Below, in pieces: positions 58,325 to 64,000 of a stretch of 64,000 bases of DNA (positions are counted from its first letter, which is position 1; each line of letters begins with the position of its first letter). A model generated the notes under the pieces. It searched no databases and was not told where the DNA came from. It saw only the letters and a list, made by a program, of their open reading frames with translations. A program made the translations under genes and the position numbers. The stretch is from Gemmatimonadota bacterium (lineage in GTDB: Bacteria > Gemmatimonadota > Gemmatimonadetes > Longimicrobiales > RSA9): assembly GCA_052389275.1 (NCBI GenBank), contig JBQTID010000073.1, forward strand, positions 3 through 64,002. Direction: 5' to 3'.

Positions 58325-59811
58325 CGCTCGATTTCTCGAACCCGCTGCATTTCGTGCTCGCGCTTCTGCCTGAAATCTTTCTTTCGGTCTGGGCGATGGC
58401 GATTCTGCTCATCGATGTGTTTCAGAAGGGCAGCCGCAGCGAGCCATCCAGTCCGGTGATCGGCTGGCTCGCGCTGATCGGCATCGTATTCGCCGCGTTC
58501 GCGAACGGCTGGCTGCTCACCTTGAGTGAAGCCGGGCCAACCGGCTCGGTGCCGCTCGATTCATTTCGCGTCTTCACGAATTTCCTCTTCCTGTTGGCGG
58601 CGGCGCTCTTCGTTCTGATATCGGAGCGCTATCTCGAGCAGGAACAGCTGCGACTTGGCGAAGTGTACGTGCTCGTGCTGCTCGCGACCGTCGGCATGAT
58701 GGCATTCGCGGGCACGCGCGATCTGATGATCATGTTCATTGGTCTCGAGATGATGTCGGTGCCGGTTTACGTGCTTACAGGTGTCAATCGCCGCGATTGG
58801 CGCTCCGGCGAGGGTGCGCTCAAGTACTTTCTGCTCGGCGCATTCTCGAGTGCGTTCTTCCTGTTCGGCATTGCCTTCGTTTATGGTGCTACCGGCACGA
58901 CCAATCTGTCGTTGATCGCGACTGCAACCGGTGGCGGCAGCTCGCTGCTGGTGATGGGCATGGGACTGCTCGCCGTCGGCTTCGGCTTCAAGGTCGCCGC
59001 CGTGCCTTTCCACATGTGGACGCCCGATGCGTATGAAGGCGCACCCGCGCCGGTGACCGGCTTCATGGCGGCAGGTGTGAAGGCGGCTGCATTTGCCGCT
59101 TTCATGCGCGTGTTCATGACCGCATTCCCGAGCATGGCGAGCACCTGGGGCCCGATGCTGTTCTGGCTGGCGATCGTCACCATGGTAATCGCGAATCTGA
59201 CTGCCCTCGCCGAGCCGAACGTAAAGCGTATGCTCGCTTACTCGAGCATTGCGCACGCAGGCTATCTGCTCGTCGCGTTCGCAAGCGGCACGACTATGGG
59301 CGCAGCTTCGTTCCTGTTCTACCTGGTCGTCTATACATTCATGACCATCGGCGCTTTTGCGGTGGTGTTCGCGGTGGGTCGTCTCGGTGAAGAGCGGGTC
59401 GACCTCGACGCCTACAGCGGCCTGGCGTGGCAGAAGCCGTTGATCGGCGTGGTCATGACGATCTTCCTGCTTTCGCTCGCCGGCTTCCCGTTCACCGGCG
59501 GATTCATCGGCAAAGTCTACATTCTGCGCAGCGCCGTCGAGAACAATCTCCTCCCCCTCGCCGTCGTGCTCGTGCTGATGTCGCTGGTCTCGTACTGGTA
59601 CTACCTGCGCGTCGTGTGGTACATGTGGTTCCGCGAGTCGGCTGCGCAGGCCAACGAGCCGATCGTGGTGGCAGGCTCCATGAAAGCCGCGCTAGTGTTT
59701 TCCGCGGCGGTGATCGTGCTGCTCGGCGTGTTGCCCAACCAGTTGCTCGACATGGCGGAGCGCAGTGCGGCGACGCTCTCTCAAACCCTGACCGGCGTGG
59801 GGTTACGATGA
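58321..59811 (+). CDS. nuoN: NADH-quinone oxidoreductase subunit N
   Basis: 496 aa. FIGLEMMSVPVY, FKVAAVPFHMWTPDAYEGAPAPVT. Confidence 0.92.
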   Translation: MTLDFSNPLHFVLALLPEIFLSVWAMAILLIDVFQKGSRSEPSSPVIGWLALIGIVFAAFANGWLLTLSEAGPTGSVPLDSFRVFTNFLFLLAAALFVLISERYLEQEQLRLGEVYVLVLLATVGMMAFAGTRDLMIMFIGLEMMSVPVYVLTGVNRRDWRSGEGALKYFLLGAFSSAFFLFGIAFVYGATGTTNLSLIATATGGGSSLLVMGMGLLAVGFGFKVAAVPFHMWTPDAYEGAPAPVTGFMAAGVKAAAFAAFMRVFMTAFPSMASTWGPMLFWLAIVTMVIANLTALAEPNVKRMLAYSSIAHAGYLLVAFASGTTMGAASFLFYLVVYTFMTIGAFAVVFAVGRLGEERVDLDAYSGLAWQKPLIGVVMTIFLLSLAGFPFTGGFIGKVYILRSAVENNLLPLAVVLVLMSLVSYWYYLRVVWYMWFRESAAQANEPIVVAGSMKAALVFSAAVIVLLGVLPNQLLDMAERSAATLSQTLTGVGLR

Positions 59812-61193
59812 AAATAAATACGCACATCTTTCGCGAGTACGACATCCGCGGCATCGTCGACAAGGATTTCACGGGCGACGTCCCGGTTCTGATTGGCCGC
59901 GCGTATGGCAGCGAAATGCGCACGCGGCTCGGCGGTGCGCCGAGCGTTGCGGTTGGTTACGACAATCGTCCCAGCTCACCCAAGCTCGCGGCCGAGATCA
60001 GCCGCGGCATACGCTCGACCGGCGTGAACGTAGTCGATGTCGGCACCGTCCCGACGCCGATTCTCTATTATGCTACGGCGAAGCTTGAGCTGGCCGGCGG
60101 GCTTCAAATTACCGGCTCGCACAATCCCCCTGAATACAACGGCTTCAAGATGGTGGCGCAGGGTCGCGCGCTCTATGGCGAGGCGATCCAGGGACTACGC
60201 GAGCGGATTCAGAACGATCAGTTCATGCACGGCGAGGGCAGCCACAAGAAGCGAGACATCATTCCGACCTACCTCGAGGATATCGGCAGTCGCTTCAAGG
60301 CGGAGCGTCCCCTGAAGGTGGTCGTCGATTGCGGTAACGGCACCGGCAGCCTGGTCGCGGTGGATCTGATCAAGCAGACCGGAGCGCAGGTCGTGCCACT
60401 CTTCTGCGAATCCGACGGCACTTTCCCGAACCACCATCCCGATCCGGTCGTCGATGAAAACCTGCGCGACATGATCGCATTGGTGAAGCAGGAGAAAGCC
60501 GATCTCGGCATCGCGTTCGACGGCGATGCGGACCGGCTCGGCGCGGTCGATGAGCAGGGCAACATCATCCGCGGCGACATCCTGCTGCTGCTGTTCGGCC
60601 TCGACGTGCTCGAGCGACGCGGCGCGCCGCAGAAGCTCGTCTTCGATGTGAAGTGCACGCAGGCGCTGCCGGAGGTCTACAGCGCGCGTGGCGGCACGCC
60701 GATCATGTGGAAGACCGGCCACTCGCTCATCAAGGAGAAGATGAAGGAGGTCGGCTCGCTGGTATCCGGTGAGCTGTCCGGCCACATCTGCTTTGCGGAA
60801 GACTATTACGGCTTCGACGACGCGCTGTTCGGCGCGTGTTTGCTCGTGCAGCTGGTCGCGCGCAGCCCGCGCCCGCTGTCTGCCATGCTGGAGTCATTTC
60901 CGAAATACATGTCCACCCCCGAATTGCGCGTGGAAGTCACCGAGGAAACCAAGTTCGGCATCGTGGAGAACGCCGTGAAGCATTTCCGCAAGCATTACGA
61001 TGTCATCGATGTCGATGGCGCGCGCGTGCTGTTCGACGGCGGCTGGGGTTTGCTGCGCGCATCCAACACGCAGCCGGTGCTGGTCATGCGCTTCGAGGCG
61101 AAGACTGCGGACAAGCTGGAAGAGATACAGGGTGTTGTCGAGGAGTATTTGCGGTCGCAGGGAGTAGACGTTTCGGCAACGGCGGCGCATTGA
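59808..61193 (+). CDS. phosphomannomutase/phosphoglucomutase (alpha-D-phosphohexomutase)
   Basis: In-frame part of ORF 59427..61193. ATG 59808 overlaps the nuoN stop (ATGA). FREYDIRG, active-site loop ITGSHNPPEYNGFK, FDGDADR, GELSGH. Confidence 0.9.
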   Translation: MKINTHIFREYDIRGIVDKDFTGDVPVLIGRAYGSEMRTRLGGAPSVAVGYDNRPSSPKLAAEISRGIRSTGVNVVDVGTVPTPILYYATAKLELAGGLQITGSHNPPEYNGFKMVAQGRALYGEAIQGLRERIQNDQFMHGEGSHKKRDIIPTYLEDIGSRFKAERPLKVVVDCGNGTGSLVAVDLIKQTGAQVVPLFCESDGTFPNHHPDPVVDENLRDMIALVKQEKADLGIAFDGDADRLGAVDEQGNIIRGDILLLLFGLDVLERRGAPQKLVFDVKCTQALPEVYSARGGTPIMWKTGHSLIKEKMKEVGSLVSGELSGHICFAEDYYGFDDALFGACLLVQLVARSPRPLSAMLESFPKYMSTPELRVEVTEETKFGIVENAVKHFRKHYDVIDVDGARVLFDGGWGLLRASNTQPVLVMRFEAKTADKLEEIQGVVEEYLRSQGVDVSATAAH

Positions 61194-61210
61194 TACGGGG
61201 AACGGCTTTT

Positions 61211-61340
61211 TAGAACTGCGGATTAGAACTGCGGATTAGAACTGCGGATTAGAACTGCGGGTTAGAACTGCGGATTGGAACTGCGGATTAGAACTGCGGA
61301 TTAGAACTGCGGATTGGAACTGCGGATTAGAACTGCGGAT
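61211..61340 (+). repeat. 10 tandem copies of 13-bp unit TAGAACTGCGGAT (variants TGGAACTGCGGAT, TAGAACTGCGGGT) filling the SemiSWEET 5' region
   Basis: Units delimited by hand, exactly 10 x 13 bp. Preceded by GGCTTTTT and followed by TGGGAAGGGA (RBS) then ATG 61351. Confidence 0.97.
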
Positions 61341-61350
61341 TGGGAAGGGA

Positions 61351-61611
61351 ATGGTCCAATACATCGGGTTTGCTGCGGGGGCGCTGACCGTCACTTCGTT
61401 TCTGCCGCAGGTACTTCAGGCGTGGAGGACCAAGAGCGTAAATGACGTGTCATTCGCGATGATGGCGCTGCTGATGACCGGCGCCGCTGCCTGGATCGTT
61501 TACGGTGTGCTCACCGCAGACGCGCCGGTGATCGTTACCAACTCGCTCGCGATCACGCTACAAGCAGCGATTATGGTGGCAAAGGTCAGGTTCAGCACAC
61601 CGCGTAGCTAG
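61351..61611 (+). CDS. SemiSWEET sugar transporter (PQ-loop, 3 TM)
   Basis: 86 aa. YIGFAAGALTVTSFLPQVLQAWRTKSVNDVSFAMMALLMTGAAAWIVYGVLTADAPVIVTNSLAITLQAAIMVAKVRF matches the bacterial SemiSWEET pattern (PQ motif, S..D.S, W..YG....D.P....N). Confidence 0.88.
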   Translation: MVQYIGFAAGALTVTSFLPQVLQAWRTKSVNDVSFAMMALLMTGAAAWIVYGVLTADAPVIVTNSLAITLQAAIMVAKVRFSTPRS

Positions 61612-62930
61612 CGCGAACCTACAGACGAAACTCGCCAGACCACATTGCCCACATCATCGGCGACCAGCAGACCGCCGCGCGTGTCGATCGCGACGCCGAC
61701 GGGACGGCCGCGCGCATGATTCTCCGCATCGAGAAAACCCGTCAGCACATCGATCGGCTGGCCTGCCGGCCGGCCGTTCTCGAATGGAATGAAGATCACC
61801 TTGTAGCCGCTACGTGGTGTGCGATTCCACGAGCCGTGTTGTCCGACAAACATGCCGTGGCGAAACGGTTCGGTAAAGCGCGTCGTGCGCGCGTAAGCGA
61901 GGCCCAGCGAACCTGTGTGCGGACCGAGCGCATAGTCGGGAACGATCGCAGTCGCGACCAGGTCCGGCCTGCGCGGCTCCACGCGCTCGTCGACATGCTG
62001 TCCGAAATAGCTGTAAGGCCAGCCATAGAAGCCGCTGTCCTTGACCGACGTCATGTAATCGGGAACCACGTCGCTCCCTAATTCGTCGCGCTCGTTGACG
62101 CTCGTCCACAGCTCACCGGTTTCTTCATTCCACGTAATGCCGACCGGATTACGGAGGCCGGACGCGAACACGCGGAAGCTGTTGGTTGCGACGTCGACTT
62201 CCAAAATCGCGGCGCGATTGAATTCATGCTGAATGCCATGTTCGCCGACGTTGCTGGCCGAGCCGACGCCGACGTACAAGCGCGATCCATCCGGGCTCGC
62301 GAGCAGGCTCCTGGTCCAGTGCTGATTAATCGGCCCGGCAGGCAGGTCGACGATCTTGACCGGCGCGGCGGTGATGCGCGCCGCGCCGGACACGTACGGG
62401 AAGCGCACCACGGCGTCCGCGTTCGCGACGTATAGATTGTCGCCGACCAGCGCCATGCCGAATGGCGAGTTGAGGCCGGTCAGGAATGTCGAACGCGTCT
62501 CGGCAACGCCGTCGCCATCCGCATCGCGCAGCAGCGTGATGCGGTTCGCACTCGGTACTGCAGCGCCGGCTTTCTCCTGAAAATACTTGAAGAACATGCC
62601 CTTGATGCCTTTGCCGGCATCGGGGCGCGGCGGCGCGTTCGTCTCGGCGACCAGCACATCGCCATTCGGCAGCACGTACAACCAGCGCGGATGATCCAGG
62701 CCGCGCGCGAAAGCAGTCACGGCCGTGCCCGGCGCACCGGTCGGCATTTCACCAGCGCGCCATCCGACCGCCTTCGCGACTTTGATCGTGGGAATCAGAG
62801 ACGTGCTGGGTGCCGGCAGCACCGGATTCGGACCGGTGCCGGCTGATACGGGAAGCTTCGCCGATCCGGCGCAGCCGGCAATCTGCACCGCGAGAATCAA
62901 GCTGCCGCCACAGAGGCTAGATCGCCGCAT
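61608..62930 (-). CDS. PQQ-dependent sugar (glucose/sorbosone) dehydrogenase family lipoprotein, beta-propeller
   Basis: 440 aa. Lipobox LAVQIAGC. ...LDHPRWLYVLPNGDVLVAE..., ANRITLLRDADGDG, LNSPFGMA, GFYGWPY are typical of soluble Asd/YliI-like dehydrogenases. Confidence 0.82.
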   Translation of the reverse strand: MRRSSLCGGSLILAVQIAGCAGSAKLPVSAGTGPNPVLPAPSTSLIPTIKVAKAVGWRAGEMPTGAPGTAVTAFARGLDHPRWLYVLPNGDVLVAETNAPPRPDAGKGIKGMFFKYFQEKAGAAVPSANRITLLRDADGDGVAETRSTFLTGLNSPFGMALVGDNLYVANADAVVRFPYVSGAARITAAPVKIVDLPAGPINQHWTRSLLASPDGSRLYVGVGSASNVGEHGIQHEFNRAAILEVDVATNSFRVFASGLRNPVGITWNEETGELWTSVNERDELGSDVVPDYMTSVKDSGFYGWPYSYFGQHVDERVEPRRPDLVATAIVPDYALGPHTGSLGLAYARTTRFTEPFRHGMFVGQHGSWNRTPRSGYKVIFIPFENGRPAGQPIDVLTGFLDAENHARGRPVGVAIDTRGGLLVADDVGNVVWRVSSVGSR

Positions 62931-63583
62931 GTGATGCGTCCTGTCTGAAGGTCGTTCCGATAGAATCTCAACGTCATCCCGACTCGCAGCGTTTCACCGC
63001 GCCGGCTGAACTCGGTCGGTGCTCCCAGCGGCGCGAGGCTGGCCTGGTAATCCGCCAGCACCTGCGGCGTGAAGTACGCATTGCCGGCCGGCGTGAACAG
63101 GCTGCGGTCGATGGTTCCTTGCGTGAGGCTGTCATAGATACGGCGCGCCAGCGCGTCCACGCCGGCGCCGGCGGTATCGGTTGAAGCAAAAATAATGCTG
63201 GCGACGCGGGCAGCAATTTGTCCGGGTGCACCCGACGCGCCTGGATAGATGTGAGAAATGCGACGTCGTCCAGCCGGATTGCTGATACTAACGCCGAGAC
63301 CGTAGCCGGTCGGGCTGCCGCAGACGAGCCGCACAGCCGTCTGCTGAGCCGCCTACGACGCCGGCTGTAGCAGCGAACGATTGATCATCGACAAATTCCA
63401 CAACGCGAGGTCGTGCGCGGTCATCGCGAGCTGTCCCGCGAAGAACAGCCAACCATTTGCCGACTTTGTCATCGAGCGAAAGCTTGCCGTCCTGCACGAG
63501 CAGCAAGATAGCAGCGGCCGTGAACTGCTTGCTGACCGAGCCGATCGCATAGCGCAACGACGGCTGCGGTGGCCTTGGATCAA
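62897..63583 (-). pseudogene. decayed serine hydrolase (beta-lactamase/PBP4-like), frameshifted, N-terminally truncated, with a large internal deletion
   Basis: Three overlapping minus-strand ORF fragments in different frames. ...RYAIGSVSKQFTAAAILLLVQDGKLSLDDKVGKWL (SxxK motif) jumps straight to ...GQLAMTAHDLALWNLSMINRSLL, then a third frame gives ...GYGLGVSISN...FTPQVLADYQASLAPLG.... No signal peptide or start. Confidence 0.65.
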
Positions 63584-63647
63584 TGCGGGCGTCGGCAGTG
63601 GTGAGCTGCTGTGTGGCGCCGGGTCGGGGTGTACAGCGCGGGCTTTT

Positions 63648-63712
63648 TAGAAACCCGGATTAGAACTGCGGATTAGAACTGCGGATTAGAACTGCGGATT
63701 AGAACTGCGGAT
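63648..63712 (+). repeat. 5 tandem copies of the same 13-bp unit (first is TAGAAACCCGGAT, then 4 x TAGAACTGCGGAT)
   Basis: Read directly. Same flanks as 61211-61340: GGCTTTTT upstream, TAGGAAGGGA plus ATG downstream. Confidence 0.97.
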
Positions 63713-63722
63713 TAGGAAGGGA

Positions 63723-63935
63723 ATGGTCCAATACATCGGGTTTGCTGCGGGGGCGCTAACCTGGATCGTCTATGCCATTATGAGCGAAGCCATGCCTGTG
63801 ATCGTGACGAACGTGCTCGCACTCGGACTCCAAACCGCGATCATGATTGCGAAGCTCAGATACGACCAGCCCACGCCAACTGACCCCCGCTCCGAACCGC
63901 AGTGCTGTTGCGCCGTCAGAATGGCGAGCTCCTAG
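63723..63935 (+). pseudogene. SemiSWEET paralogue with in-frame 102-bp deletion (lacks the PQ motif, end of TM1 and TM2); probably non-functional
   Basis: 70-aa ORF. MVQYIGFAAGALT|WIVYAIMSEAMPVIVTNVLALGLQTAIMIAKLRY. Compared with 61351-61611 it lacks VTSFLPQVLQAWRTKSVNDVSFAMMALLMTGAAA. Confidence 0.6.
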
Positions 63936-64000
63936 CAGGTTGCTGAAAAAAGGGCCGGTCGTTTTCCTTAACCCAAGTCATCCCCGTTTTAACCCAACAT

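Overview
This is a 64-kb, high-GC (roughly mid-60s percent by eye) chromosomal segment of a diderm bacterium. The phylum cannot be fixed without a database search; a Gemmatimonadota- or Acidobacteriota-like lineage is only a low-confidence guess.

The content is overwhelmingly core housekeeping. There are about 70 genes, mostly on the + strand, tightly packed with many 1-8 nt start/stop overlaps. In order they are:
- a crotonase and a TetR regulator
- an NfeD-FloA pair plus an unknown third gene
- tRNA-Leu(CAA)
- DUF2071 and DUF4142 proteins
- icd, pepA and an unknown outer-membrane barrel
- yicC-gmk-rpoZ-coaBC, a family-4 UDG, dnaB, radA, ispD, tsaC, an LMW phosphatase, aroE and comF
- gap, a Zn-ribbon ORF, a hydrolase, pgk, tpiA and secG
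- 2-oxoacid dehydrogenase E1a/E1b/E2 plus lipB
- a PlpD-like patatin/Omp85 protein, rnhA, carA, sppA and an IHF/HU protein
- an ECF sigma / anti-sigma / periplasmic trio
- moaD-moaE-moaA, mdh-sdhCAB, an H1-like basic protein and dcd
- a complete nuoA-N operon translationally coupled to a phosphomannomutase
- a SemiSWEET / PQQ-sugar-dehydrogenase corner with a decayed serine hydrolase and a second, internally deleted SemiSWEET copy

I do not see a novel protein-coding system: no defence, secretion, toxin or biosynthetic island.

The unusual content is non-coding. Twelve intergenic loci are built from short (6-15 bp) tandem repeats, mostly arranged as two inverted arms that form long imperfect hairpins. 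They fall into several dispersed families:
- a 13-bp (A/G)GAAnTGCG-core unit at 4.5 kb, 61.2 kb and 63.6 kb
- the 8-bp unit GGAGCATG at 1.4 kb and 44.6 kb
- a roughly 145-bp G-run/C-run hairpin element at 33.7 kb and 37.9 kb
- a TTCAACGCAGAGGAG-ended MITE-like hairpin at 16.0 kb and 27.8 kb, the second splitting an E1alpha/E1beta gene pair

In addition, a four-helix-bundle (23S-rRNA-IVS-protein-like) gene sits inside roughly 95-bp inverted repeats, the architecture of an rRNA intervening sequence but outside any rRNA.

All functional calls are from motif recognition by eye; no searches were run.
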